Assembly: GCA_910589315.1 (NCBI GenBank)
Contig: CAJUTB010000012.1
Coordinates: 960 to 64,959, forward strand
Length of the DNA: 64,000 nucleotides
From: an uncultured Oscillibacter sp.
GTDB taxonomy: Bacteria; Bacillota; Clostridia; Oscillospirales; Oscillospiraceae
Direction: 5' to 3'
The notes under the pieces are model-generated. The model did not search any database and was not told the origin of the DNA. It saw only the letters and a program-made list of their open reading frames with translations. The number at the start of each line of letters is the position of its first letter. Position 1 is the first letter of the stretch. Shown here one piece after another: positions 20,806 to 30,638 of this stretch. The translations under genes were made by a program, and so were the position numbers.

Positions 20806-20820
20806 CCGTGTCCGCCGCAG

Positions 20821-21120
20821 TTACTGAATGGTCAGAATTTTAGAAAACCCTACGGAGTCCAGCACTGCTTTTACCGGCGGCGCAACATGTAAAAGTACCA
20901 TCGATCCCCGCTTCGAAGCAGCCGTCTTTTGCCCGATCAGCAGCGCCCGCAGACCTGCGCTGCTCACATACACAACTTTTTCCAAATCCAGCGTCAGCGC
21001 CTTCGCAGTCTGAAACGCCGCCAAAATCTCCTTTTGCAGCTGCGGACTGGTATTCGTATCTACCCGGCCCTCTACCAAAAGAGTTACGGCCTCTCCAGCC
21101 TGTTGCTTCGTTACCGTCAT
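20821..21120 (-). CDS. STAS domain protein (anti-sigma factor antagonist-like)
   Basis: VEGRVDTNTSPQL...LDLEKVVYVSSAGLRALL...VLDSVGFSKILTI; ATG 21120 with GAGGTG RBS. Confidence 0.9.
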   Translation of the reverse strand: MTVTKQQAGEAVTLLVEGRVDTNTSPQLQKEILAAFQTAKALTLDLEKVVYVSSAGLRALLIGQKTAASKRGSMVLLHVAPPVKAVLDSVGFSKILTIQ

Positions 21121-21189
21121 ATTCACCTCGTGAGGCCGCGTCTTGCGCGGCTGCCGCACGTCCGGCCTGCGGCACGCCATTTTCTACGG

Positions 21190-22266
21190 TCAGCGCAAAT
21201 AGGCCGTTCCCGTCAGTCCCTGGCCTTCGTCCAGACTCCCCGGCACGTTTTGCAGCATCCGGCCATTCAAATCCAGATATGTAAACGCATCCAGTCCGCC
21301 GCACTCCTCCAGAAACACAAGCTGATACCGGCTCCGTGCCGGTTTGAACTGGTCTATTAGATATTTTAACCGCAAACGCAGCTTTTCGTCAAGATGGCTG
21401 GCTAACATTACCGTAAAATCGTACGGCGTTTCTCCATAAAGCGCGCCGCCGCTGTCCGCGTCCGGCGGAAGCAAATTCCGCTCTACCAAATAAACCGGGG
21501 CCTCCGTCAACAGCTTCACCGCTTCCAGCACGGCCCACTTTGTTCCCTTCCGGGCCAGAAGTTCCGGCGCGGCCTTCAGCAGCCGCCGCAGCTCCGCCGC
21601 CTCAAACAACGCCATATCTGTTTCCAGCCCCAGCCAGAATGCCAATACTGGCAGCAGCGGTTCCGGTGCGGTGTCTACATTCAGCAGATCTGGAATACGG
21701 TCAATTTCCTCCTGAAGCTCCTGGTACATTGTGGAAAAAATTGATAAATACCGCTGTAAAAAATCATTATCCATCTGGTAAACCTGGGGGAGCGTTCGGA
21801 AAAAGTTATCCCCAGGCACATAAACCCGCAGGTTTTCCAGCCGTCCGCCGCCGGTGACTTCCAGCCACAGCCAGAGATACCGGCCCGTCTGGTCCGTCAG
21901 CAGCACATCCTTTGCGCCGGAATGCTCCAAACCGTCCGCCAGCAGGAAAAGACGCTCCTTCTCCTGCCGGGAAACCTCCGGGTCCAGCAAAAACCGGTCA
22001 ACGGAAACAGCCTCGTTATTCCGCACAACCGCATTTTGATTCGATGCAAACGCCCGAATGGTCAACATTCCCTCCGGCCCCAGACGGCAGCTCAGAGACA
22101 GCCGCCCCCAGGCGCAGTCAGGCTGGGAGCTGTCCAGCGCGGGAAGCACAATATATCCCCGTTCCGCCGTTTCCAGCGCGCCGCCATCCAAGGTAAAACC
22201 ATCCCGGAGGCCCCGGCTTAACATTGCTTCCCGCAGCCGGTAGCGGCGGATTCCATAATCAGCCAT
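21190..22266 (-). CDS. Phage tail protein I (P2 gpI-like baseplate wedge) of contractile injection system
   Basis: LPQVYQ...FLQRYLSIF...DTAPEPLLPVLAFWLG...RKGTKWAV...FKPAR is the typical Tail_P2_I pattern; follows baseplate J genes. Confidence 0.8.
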   Translation of the reverse strand: MADYGIRRYRLREAMLSRGLRDGFTLDGGALETAERGYIVLPALDSSQPDCAWGRLSLSCRLGPEGMLTIRAFASNQNAVVRNNEAVSVDRFLLDPEVSRQEKERLFLLADGLEHSGAKDVLLTDQTGRYLWLWLEVTGGGRLENLRVYVPGDNFFRTLPQVYQMDNDFLQRYLSIFSTMYQELQEEIDRIPDLLNVDTAPEPLLPVLAFWLGLETDMALFEAAELRRLLKAAPELLARKGTKWAVLEAVKLLTEAPVYLVERNLLPPDADSGGALYGETPYDFTVMLASHLDEKLRLRLKYLIDQFKPARSRYQLVFLEECGGLDAFTYLDLNGRMLQNVPGSLDEGQGLTGTAYLR

Positions 22267-22269
22267 CCT

Positions 22270-24324
22270 TTACCTCCATTGTTCCCGGACGGTCAGCTGA
22301 ATTGTGCCGGGATAGCACAGGCTGTCGTCTTCTAGGCGTATGTCACTGCCAATCAGCACGGCGTCCCGGCTCTCCGGGAACAGGCTCAAGGCGTCCACAG
22401 CCTCTACAAAGGGTAGATTCGCCAGAGATTGATACAATTCGTTAAACCGTATCCAGCCGCCGAAGTCCCGCAGGCCCTCTATACCGTCCAATGTCCTGCG
22501 CAAAAGGCGGTCCGCTTCCTCTCTGGCCCGGTCCCGCAGGCCCCGGACAGTCAGCGCCGCATGGACGGCAACCGGCACGTACCGCGGCTGGCAGATCTCA
22601 AACCGCACCGTCAGCAGACGACGCGGCTCCAAATAAGCTTGCAGCTGATTCAAGTACGCCTCGGAAAGCCGCGGAAATTTTTCCTCCGTGTACGGCTTTA
22701 CCGCAATGCGCACCAGATTTCTCCGGCTGTCCGCCGCCGCTTTCACTTTATGGATGCAAAGCCCCGGCGTTTGGCGAACCAACGCTTCCCAGTCCTCCCC
22801 GCGCACAGCGGCGGAAACCTGCCGCAGTCCCGCTGAAAACCTGCGGCGCAGCGTCTCCATGGTTTCCTTTGAAACGCCGCCGCGGCCCGGGGCCGGACAG
22901 GAATAAACCGCCTCGACTTCCGTGCCGTCATAGCCGCCCCGCTGCTCCAAAACCGCCCGCGGACGCAGGTTTCCCCGCTCGCCCTGGGTCACGGCGCAGC
23001 CTGCCAGAAGCAGCGTCTGACCGCCACGGCCAGGGTCGGCAATGAGAATCTGTCCGTTTTGAACCTGATAGAAAAATCCGTCCGCTCCCAGTTCTCCCGG
23101 GGCAAGAAAGGTATATGCGCCCTCGCTCTCCACGGCCAGAAGCACGCTTTCCGGAAGCGCTCCCTCCGGCAGGGGAATTGCCTGCCCATCGTAGCCATAC
23201 ACCGGGCCAAGGTCCCGCTGATACAGGCTCCCACTGTCGCAGCACAGCGCCCGTACGCCGTCGGAACAGCCACAGGGCGGATCGGCAAACGTCAGCTCGA
23301 TCCCCAAGAGGGTCTCTGCCTGCTGATAAAACCGGCCCTGCGGGTTTCCGCCCTCCCGGTAAAGGTAATACGGACCGTCCGCCGTCTCCCGGCCAAACAC
23401 CAGCAGTTCTCCTTGCTTGGGCAGCCGCCCCCGCAGCTCCACCGACGCGCCGCCGGGGGCCGTCAGGCACTGGAAGCTGGTCTGCCGCTGCTGCATCGGG
23501 AACAGGTGGACCGCCAGCGACCGCAGCCGGGGGGCGCGGTCATACTCCGCCGTTTCCAGCAGACAGCGCAGCGCGCAGCCCTGGACCGGCGTATCCGTCA
23601 GCGGCTGGGGCAGGTCCTTTTCCAAGTACAACCGCACCGCGCCGGAACGAAGAAACCCTACCGTCTCGTCCTCCCACCGGGCATCCTGCCAGCCCGCCGC
23701 CGTAAAATACTGCCAGCATACGCGGGAAAACACGGGAATTTCATGCCCGTCGCCAAAGGGTGTGCGAAGTTCCTCCTCCGCCGCCTGAAACCAGAGATAC
23801 AGCGGCTCCCCCACCTCCGGCACGCCGGAGAGCACGCACACCAGCGCGTCTCCTGCCGCCGGTTCGCGGGTAAAGGGATACGCTATGGCCTCCGCCGGCG
23901 CGCTCAGCAGGTTTGTCAGGTCCCGGTAAGCGCCGTTCCGCCCGCCGTACACCGCCGCTAACCCCCAGGGCGGCATCTCAACCTCAGAGACCGTTTCAAA
24001 GGGGATCTCTCCGCTCCAAAGCCGCCAGCCCTCCGGCAGAATCGGTCCGCCCCGCGCCGGAACCTGGACCAGCACTTCGGCGGCCCGGTTTTCCCGCGGG
24101 GTATAGCCCGCCAGCTTCAGCAGCTTCCGCTGCACCGGCTCCGGCACATCGTCAATGGCCTCCTGCTGTAAGAGCTGGAATGCCGTCAGATTCTGCAAGA
24201 GTGTGATGCCGGGGTCCGAGGGGTTGAAGTTCGTCCACTCGCCGGAATGCAGCGGAATCTGGGCGGCGGCTTCCAGCATCAGTTCTTCATAGGTCTTGTC
24301 GCTGAGTTTTATGCGGTTCAGCAC
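22270..24324 (-). CDS. Baseplate J/gp6-like wedge protein (second paralog)
   Basis: LSDKTYEELM...WTNFNPSDPGITLL at the N-terminus; GERGNL, GGVSKET...AVRGEDWEAL, YLEPRRLLT at the C-terminus. Confidence 0.85.
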   Translation of the reverse strand: MLNRIKLSDKTYEELMLEAAAQIPLHSGEWTNFNPSDPGITLLQNLTAFQLLQQEAIDDVPEPVQRKLLKLAGYTPRENRAAEVLVQVPARGGPILPEGWRLWSGEIPFETVSEVEMPPWGLAAVYGGRNGAYRDLTNLLSAPAEAIAYPFTREPAAGDALVCVLSGVPEVGEPLYLWFQAAEEELRTPFGDGHEIPVFSRVCWQYFTAAGWQDARWEDETVGFLRSGAVRLYLEKDLPQPLTDTPVQGCALRCLLETAEYDRAPRLRSLAVHLFPMQQRQTSFQCLTAPGGASVELRGRLPKQGELLVFGRETADGPYYLYREGGNPQGRFYQQAETLLGIELTFADPPCGCSDGVRALCCDSGSLYQRDLGPVYGYDGQAIPLPEGALPESVLLAVESEGAYTFLAPGELGADGFFYQVQNGQILIADPGRGGQTLLLAGCAVTQGERGNLRPRAVLEQRGGYDGTEVEAVYSCPAPGRGGVSKETMETLRRRFSAGLRQVSAAVRGEDWEALVRQTPGLCIHKVKAAADSRRNLVRIAVKPYTEEKFPRLSEAYLNQLQAYLEPRRLLTVRFEICQPRYVPVAVHAALTVRGLRDRAREEADRLLRRTLDGIEGLRDFGGWIRFNELYQSLANLPFVEAVDALSLFPESRDAVLIGSDIRLEDDSLCYPGTIQLTVREQWR

Positions 24325-24341
24325 TGCGGCTCACCCCCCTT

Positions 24342-27326
24342 TCACTGAAATTCAATGTGGATCTGATGCGTCCCCTCCACGCCGATGGCAAAGGGCGCGT
24401 CCGGCATTTCGTCCAGAGCCGCCTCATGGGGTCCGTCCCGGTCCACATACCAGGCCGCGGCGGTCATCCGGCCAACGTGCCCCGCAAACCGCAGGGATTG
24501 CAGCAGCATTTTCAACTGGCCCTCCGTGGGCAGACGGCCGATGTTCCAATTCCCGGACAGCGGGTTCAAAAACGTGCGGATGCTCTCCAAAATCAGATTC
24601 TGTACGTCGAAGGCCCGGGCCGCGCCCCGCAGCTTCACCCACACGGATACCGAGATTTCCACATACATCGGCTCCGACAAAATCAGGTCTTCCGCCGCCA
24701 GAGCGGCGTCACACCGCTCCAGCAGCATTTCCCGAAGGGGCTCCCGCAGATGGTGAAACGCCCCCTGATCCCTGGTCATCACCGCAATCGTGATCAAAGA
24801 CGGGTTTGGACGGCCATCGATGTCCCGGCCCGCCAGGCACTTCACCTTTTCAATCTCGCTGGAAAACGACCGCACCGCCCTTGTAAAATCCGCCTCGCTT
24901 ACGAGACGGCCCCGCCCGCTCAGTAGGTCCGCGCCGCGGCGGCGGGCACTGGCGGCGTCCTCCAAATCGCTTCCGGCGCAGGTCTCTTTCGGGTTATACA
25001 CCGACTCGACATAAAGCACGTTGCCGAAAAACCGGTTCACCGCTCCAGCGGGGACGTTTCCCCGCGCGCCCTCGCAGCTCACTGCGCGCACGGTAATCGC
25101 CGTGCCCTGCCGGGCCTGGGGAATCCGAACGTTGACGCCGTCGCCAAATACCAGCGCGTTTCGCACCCGGTCGATTTGATAATGACGGTCGCCGGGGCGG
25201 GAACGGTCGAAGGTATCCACCTCCGTCCAGCGGACGAAGAAAGCCGTCGTCTCGCCCAGAAAATCCTGTTCCGCCCGCACGTTTTCCGGCTGCTGCTCCT
25301 GCATCTCCCGCATTTGACTCCGGGAGAGCTGGCCCAGTTCGTTGACAAACACCTCGGCAACGAGAATATTTTCCGCCGCCAGAGGAAAGGTCATGTCAGG
25401 CGCGGCGGTCTCAATGGAAAAGGTCTCCTCCGGCTGGGTCTGCTGGCTTCGGATGTCCACGGCGTTCAGGCGGATGCTTCGGATGGGCGCATGATAGCCC
25501 TGGACGGCGTTTTCGCCGCCCCGCAGGCGCAGCCACCAACGCCGCACCCCCTCCACTTCGGCGGCGGCAAAGTCCGCCGGCGGCATAAACAGAACGGTTC
25601 CCGGGCCGGAAAAGTTTTCGGTGCCGTCCACTACCTTCAAGGGCTGAAATCCCGACCGAGTGGAATACTCAAATACAACCGGCTCCATCCGGAAACGAAC
25701 GTTTTCCTCCACGTCAAACAGCATCGACACCGGCGCGCCCTCCAATGGGCGGTCAAAGCCCAGATACAGCGCGGCGGCGGGATGGGGAAGGGGTTGGAAA
25801 ATCGTGACCGGTTCGCCGTTCAGAGGCGGCAGCTCCTTCGTCTGGGTTCCGCAGACTGCCCGAATCCGCTGGGGCTGTTTCCACTGGCCCCGGTAGGTGT
25901 ACGAGAGCGACACGTCCCGCAAAACTGGCAGCGTGTGGCGGCAGGGCAGCAGATAGCAGTTATCCGCCTGGGTCACGCGAATCCGAAGGCTCCGGCCCTC
26001 GTAGCCGTTTACCGGCACGGAGGCCCAGTCCTCGGGGCAGGGAAACGACATGGCAAATTCGCCGCTGCGGGTTCCGTCCATCAGACTGCTCCAGCTGTGG
26101 CTGCACGCCAAACGCCGCCAGCCCTGGCCGTTAAAATATTCCAGCGCGATCCGCTCCGGAGCGGTGGTCACGGCGTCATACTGCACCGACCGGGGCTTCC
26201 GCTTGATGATCTTTAACTCGCTAGACTCCTGCTGAGGCGTCAGATACAGCATCTTTTCCCGGCTGGACAGCCGGAAGCGCAGCGTAATTTCCGCCGACTG
26301 CTGGGAGAAAACCGCGTTGTCGCAGATGTAGCACTCGTCAAACAGGGAAACCGTTTCTCCGAAGGGCATACACTCCGCCGCCTCCAGTACCTCGCCGTTG
26401 TGGAGAATCAATTCCGGCGGCCCGGCCTCCCGTTCGGAGGCAAGGCGGATATCCGATACCGTCACAGATTTTCCCACGGGTCCCAGCGACTCCAGGCAGA
26501 TTATGTGGAAGCCCTCCACCGCCTCGGGTTCCGACTCCCGGCGCAGCAGCAGCGCGTTTTCCCGAATTTCCGGGTTCTCAAAGGGCACAAGGCCCTTTTC
26601 CCCGTAATAGCTCCAACGCCATTTCGCTGGGTCCGACAGCAAAAGCGGAGTCCCCTCCGGCGTCTGAAGGGTCACGCAGACAGGCGCGCTCACGCCGCCG
26701 CTGAACACACTCCGATGATACAGCAGCAAGGCGTTTCTCTCAATGCCCGGCCCGCAGCATTCAAACAGCGAAAAAGGCTGCATTTCACCATCCGTCAAAC
26801 TGGTATTTGCCGCCGCTTCCTCCTGCGGTTCTCCCATGGAAACCGGGACCAGCCGGGCCGGTTTCGGTCCGCCCAGCAGCGGATGGATGCTCCCTGCCGT
26901 TCCGGAAACGGATACAATATCCGTCAGTCGGGCGCTGGTCAGATATACATCCCCCACCGTCTCGAACATCACCGGCTCGCCGTCGGTCCCGTCGCCCAGG
27001 AGCCGGGTTCCACGGGGCAGAGCCGTGCCGGGCGTAGTTCCGCCTCCCAGGATCTCCGCGACCACAACTCCCGAGGCCGGACTCGCCGGCCGGAGCGTCA
27101 GCCCCAGAAGATTCACGAATTCCGTATGATATTTTTCCGGCAGGCGGTTCAAGCGGCGGAGATTATCGGCCATCTGCCCTGCAAACAGCAGCGCGAGCGT
27201 GGAACCAATATCCGGATCTTGCCGGGAAAACCGCCACTCCGGCGTATAGGACGCCGCCAATTCCTCCACCCGGCGGCACAAATCCTCCAAGGTGCGGGGG
27301 TCCAGCAGCAATTCATCGTGATTCAT
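24342..27326 (-). CDS. Baseplate J/gp6-like wedge protein (Afp11-like, 994 aa)
   Basis: LDPRT..DL...YTPEW...DIGSTL...RLNRLPEK, VFGDGVNVRIP, GARGNV, GSDLED...RLVSEADF. Confidence 0.85.
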   Translation of the reverse strand: MNHDELLLDPRTLEDLCRRVEELAASYTPEWRFSRQDPDIGSTLALLFAGQMADNLRRLNRLPEKYHTEFVNLLGLTLRPASPASGVVVAEILGGGTTPGTALPRGTRLLGDGTDGEPVMFETVGDVYLTSARLTDIVSVSGTAGSIHPLLGGPKPARLVPVSMGEPQEEAAANTSLTDGEMQPFSLFECCGPGIERNALLLYHRSVFSGGVSAPVCVTLQTPEGTPLLLSDPAKWRWSYYGEKGLVPFENPEIRENALLLRRESEPEAVEGFHIICLESLGPVGKSVTVSDIRLASEREAGPPELILHNGEVLEAAECMPFGETVSLFDECYICDNAVFSQQSAEITLRFRLSSREKMLYLTPQQESSELKIIKRKPRSVQYDAVTTAPERIALEYFNGQGWRRLACSHSWSSLMDGTRSGEFAMSFPCPEDWASVPVNGYEGRSLRIRVTQADNCYLLPCRHTLPVLRDVSLSYTYRGQWKQPQRIRAVCGTQTKELPPLNGEPVTIFQPLPHPAAALYLGFDRPLEGAPVSMLFDVEENVRFRMEPVVFEYSTRSGFQPLKVVDGTENFSGPGTVLFMPPADFAAAEVEGVRRWWLRLRGGENAVQGYHAPIRSIRLNAVDIRSQQTQPEETFSIETAAPDMTFPLAAENILVAEVFVNELGQLSRSQMREMQEQQPENVRAEQDFLGETTAFFVRWTEVDTFDRSRPGDRHYQIDRVRNALVFGDGVNVRIPQARQGTAITVRAVSCEGARGNVPAGAVNRFFGNVLYVESVYNPKETCAGSDLEDAASARRRGADLLSGRGRLVSEADFTRAVRSFSSEIEKVKCLAGRDIDGRPNPSLITIAVMTRDQGAFHHLREPLREMLLERCDAALAAEDLILSEPMYVEISVSVWVKLRGAARAFDVQNLILESIRTFLNPLSGNWNIGRLPTEGQLKMLLQSLRFAGHVGRMTAAAWYVDRDGPHEAALDEMPDAPFAIGVEGTHQIHIEFQ

Positions 27327-27733
27327 GGCTCCTCCTCCGGGGCGGCGTTGAGATAAAAGGGAAAGACCAGATTATCCCGCGTGCTGCTGTTTGCAACGGC
27401 GTAGCGGATGGACACCAGCAGGCAGCCGTCCTTCGCCGCCGGGTCAACCTCCACCTCGACCTCGCGGATACGCGGCTCCTGCCGCAGCAGGAGGTCCCGC
27501 AGGCTGTCGGACAGCAGCCGGAGCATGGTGGGAGACGCGTCCATAAAGGCGTAATTCAGCATTTGACTTCCGAATTCCGGTTCCAGCCACCGTTCTCCCC
27601 GATTGGTCATCAGAATGAGGTATACCGATTCCCTGACGCTCTGCGTCCCCGCCGAAACCGCAAAACGGCCCGTGCCAGGGTCAATCTGCGGCGGAAATTT
27701 CATCCCCGCTCCTAAAAACGCCCGCTCGTCCAT
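27323..27733 (-). CDS. gp25/GPW baseplate protein (Afp9-like)
   Basis: FLGAGMKFPP...ILMTNRGERWLEPEFGS...QEPRI...NLVFPFYL. Confidence 0.92.
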   Translation of the reverse strand: MDERAFLGAGMKFPPQIDPGTGRFAVSAGTQSVRESVYLILMTNRGERWLEPEFGSQMLNYAFMDASPTMLRLLSDSLRDLLLRQEPRIREVEVEVDPAAKDGCLLVSIRYAVANSSTRDNLVFPFYLNAAPEEEP

Positions 27734-27752
27734 CGAATCTCCCCTCCTTCCG

Positions 27753-28613
27753 CTATCCGATGCTTACCATGGAACCGCCCAGCTTTGTACTGCCGGAGCT
27801 TTCCAGCTTCAGCGCGGAACGGGCCTCCGCCGCCACCTGGGCGGCCTCCAGCTTAACGGAGCTGTCGCTTTTTGCCTCCACCTTGCTGGAGCCTTCCAGC
27901 AAAATGGATTCCGCCTTGATGGATACCGCGCCCGATTCCCCATTCAGCGTCATGGTGATCTTGTCGCCCACCTTGAATTCGATCTTGCTCTTGATCTGCA
28001 CCTTCAGCGTGCCGGCCCCCTGATGGGTATACATCTCAATAAAGTCCTCGCGTTCTTTTTCCTGGATGATGATTTTCTCATTCTCATTGTCCAGCAGAAT
28101 TTTCAGCTGCCGTCCGGCGGTCTCCAAGGTCAATTTGTCTTTTCCGCCCTCGCTGTCGCCGCTGTTGTCCTCAAAGAGAATCGTGGTTCCATGACGGGTG
28201 ACAATCCGTTTGAACTGGTTGTCCTTGTCGACGGAACCCTTCAGAAATTTGTCCGACGCCTTCGGCACGCAGCCGATCACATAGGGCTTTTCGATGTTTC
28301 CGCCCTCGAAGGCCAGCAGTACCTGATCCCCCACCTCCGGCAGAAAGTAGTGCCCCCACTTGCTGCCGCTGGACGGCATGACCACCCGCGCCCATTTCAA
28401 TTCGTTGGCCCCGGCGTCCCGGGTGGGAATGGTGACGCAGACCCGGCCGTCCATGGCGTCCGCGCCGGAGCTGGAACCGCCTGCCGCAACGCTGTTGAGG
28501 TCGCAGTTCTTTGCCACGATACCTACCACCACGCCGAATATCCGGTTATCCCCCATCTCCGTTTTTGTCACCTGACGCTCAGTTATGGCGTCGATCATGT
28601 CGTAAAGTCCCAT
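27753..28613 (-). CDS. Spike protein (gp5/VgrG C-terminal half: OB fold plus beta-helix)
   Basis: GVVVGIV...GRVCV...WARV...GHYFLPEVGDQVLLAFEGGNIEKPYVIG, followed by beta-strand repeats. Confidence 0.9.
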   Translation of the reverse strand: MGLYDMIDAITERQVTKTEMGDNRIFGVVVGIVAKNCDLNSVAAGGSSSGADAMDGRVCVTIPTRDAGANELKWARVVMPSSGSKWGHYFLPEVGDQVLLAFEGGNIEKPYVIGCVPKASDKFLKGSVDKDNQFKRIVTRHGTTILFEDNSGDSEGGKDKLTLETAGRQLKILLDNENEKIIIQEKEREDFIEMYTHQGAGTLKVQIKSKIEFKVGDKITMTLNGESGAVSIKAESILLEGSSKVEAKSDSSVKLEAAQVAAEARSALKLESSGSTKLGGSMVSIG

Positions 28614-28623
28614 GGTCTCCCTC

Positions 28624-29838
28624 CTAGAAGCCGGTTTTCAACTGGGCGGTACAGCCCTTGATCCGGGTGCGGAATCCGCCGTCGCCGGAAAAATCGTGAG
28701 TGACGGCGGTAAGGTAAAAACGGTTGTCCGCCGGCGCGCCCAGACCGATCACTTCCATAAACCGCCCCGGAACCAGGTCCGGGATGCCCACGCAGCCCGC
28801 TTCCAGGTCCCCCAGACGGTAGCTCATCTGCTCCATCAGCGACGCCACCCGCGCCTCCGCCTCCTCCTGGGAGGTGATGGAGGCGTCCACGTACACCTTC
28901 GCGCCGGGGCCGACGAGCTGTTTGGCCTTGCTTCCGGCGGAAATCTTATTGTTATTTTTCCCGCTGGCGGAAATGACCTTTCCGCTTCCGGGGTCCATGG
29001 CCCTGGCCTCGATCTTCCCCACTACGCCGGTGACGCTGTATTCAATGTGGAAACTTTGAAGGCCCGTGCGGCTTCCCATTTTGATCAGAAGCGATTCGTC
29101 GCTTTTTGCCGGACGAAACAGCGCCTTGCCCCGGTCCACGAAAAATTCAAAATTATACCGCTTGGCCGCCCGCACGACGAATTCGTAGTCGCTTTCGTTC
29201 ACCATCTCCACCGTCAGCGGACTGGAACGGCCCGCAGGCGGCGGGGACTCTGCGTCCGGCGTATTGCTGACGGCGGGAGGCTGCGTAATGCCGCCCAAAT
29301 GCTGAAGGCGTCCTTCTCCTGTCCGGCGCAGGACCTCCTTGACCGCACCGCTGTACGTCGCCGCGGTAAGCTGGGCGGCGTAAGACCCGCCCATCATCAG
29401 GCCCTTCACGTCCATTGCCGTCACTTCGATATAAGGCAGTCCGCCCGGTTCAAAACCGAATGCCACGCCGGAGATGAACCCTACAAAAACCGTCTCCAAG
29501 GTTCCCAGATACCCCAGCTCCAAAACGGCGGAATTCCCCAGCAGCACTTCTTTTTTGACCTTGCTGTAAAAAAATTCGCCGCTGGCCGCGTCGTACGCGT
29601 CGTATAGACGGAAGGACGCCGCGGAAGCCTCGTAACCGGAGGTGAGTTCCACATGGATGTCACTGACCACCATGTCCTTGCCCACGCTGTCAAACGGCGT
29701 CCCGCCCAGCGTCACCCGCGCCCGCGGGCTGCCGAAACCGGCATATTTTTTTTGCAGTCCCTCGTAAGTCAGCTGCGCCGCTCCAGGGGCAAGCTTTCCC
29801 AGGCCGGAGGCTATGCCTCCCAGATCAAACGACACCAT
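28624..29838 (-). CDS. Baseplate hub protein (late control D/gp27-like)
   Basis: LGYLG..ETVFVGFI, ESDYEFVVRAAKRYNFEFFV, GIPDLVPG..EVIGLG...FYLTAVTHDF. Confidence 0.88.
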   Translation of the reverse strand: MVSFDLGGIASGLGKLAPGAAQLTYEGLQKKYAGFGSPRARVTLGGTPFDSVGKDMVVSDIHVELTSGYEASAASFRLYDAYDAASGEFFYSKVKKEVLLGNSAVLELGYLGTLETVFVGFISGVAFGFEPGGLPYIEVTAMDVKGLMMGGSYAAQLTAATYSGAVKEVLRRTGEGRLQHLGGITQPPAVSNTPDAESPPPAGRSSPLTVEMVNESDYEFVVRAAKRYNFEFFVDRGKALFRPAKSDESLLIKMGSRTGLQSFHIEYSVTGVVGKIEARAMDPGSGKVISASGKNNNKISAGSKAKQLVGPGAKVYVDASITSQEEAEARVASLMEQMSYRLGDLEAGCVGIPDLVPGRFMEVIGLGAPADNRFYLTAVTHDFSGDGGFRTRIKGCTAQLKTGF

Positions 29839-29854
29839 AAGGCTCCCCTCCGCG

Positions 29855-30619
29855 TCAAAACGAGTCCAAATTCAACAGGTTCCCCAGCCCTTGCGCCGCG
29901 GTTTTGCTTACAATATCCGAGCGGTTTTGGAATATGTTGTCCAAAGCCGTCTCCCAATACTGCACGTCCGCCTCGGACTCCACCTGCTGGGCTATGTTCA
30001 TCCGCACCTTGCTCCGCACCGGCTGGCCGGAGACGGAAAACATCGTATAGTCCGCCTGGACCTCAATCATCTGGCCGGTAAAGGCCATGTCCGCCCAGCG
30101 GAACGTTACGAGACGCGTACTGGGCCGCAGAAGCGCGGCTATCAGACCGTCCGTCTGAGGCTGGACGGTGTACTTTGTTCCCCGCGCCCATGCGGCGGTT
30201 GAAACCACCGTCCCCGCAGAAAGACGGGCTTTATCCATCATGAAGGCGTCCTGGGGATTCATCGCGTCGAAAATCAGCTCCACCGACAGCACCACCATCG
30301 GCGGACGCACGTTTTGGTTTGGAATGCCCTGGTCGGCGTTCTGCTGCAAATAGGTAAACGGGATACTCTCCGCATTGGCCTGCAAGGCCAGGCTGGACGG
30401 GTTGTACTGCACCTGCATCACATGCGCCATTCCCGCGCCAACCGCGCTGCTGACCGCGCTCAGATTTCCCGCCGCCTGCAAGGCTCTTGCCGCCGCCTGG
30501 GTTGCGGACTGCATCGCCTGCGCGGAATTGACCGCCTCCGCGCCGAATTTATGGATGATCAAAAATGCTTTCTGTATGCCGCCCAGACCGGACGCAGACA
30601 GCACGTCCGCCAACGCCAT
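29855..30619 (-). CDS. CIS tube-initiator-like protein (Afp7/CIS_tube-like), paralog 2
   Basis: VQYNPSSL...LSVELIFD...VTFRWADMAFTG..EVQADYTMFSVSGQPVRSKV. Confidence 0.8.
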   Translation of the reverse strand: MALADVLSASGLGGIQKAFLIIHKFGAEAVNSAQAMQSATQAAARALQAAGNLSAVSSAVGAGMAHVMQVQYNPSSLALQANAESIPFTYLQQNADQGIPNQNVRPPMVVLSVELIFDAMNPQDAFMMDKARLSAGTVVSTAAWARGTKYTVQPQTDGLIAALLRPSTRLVTFRWADMAFTGQMIEVQADYTMFSVSGQPVRSKVRMNIAQQVESEADVQYWETALDNIFQNRSDIVSKTAAQGLGNLLNLDSF

Positions 30620-30638
30620 GGCACGCCGCCCCCTTTCG

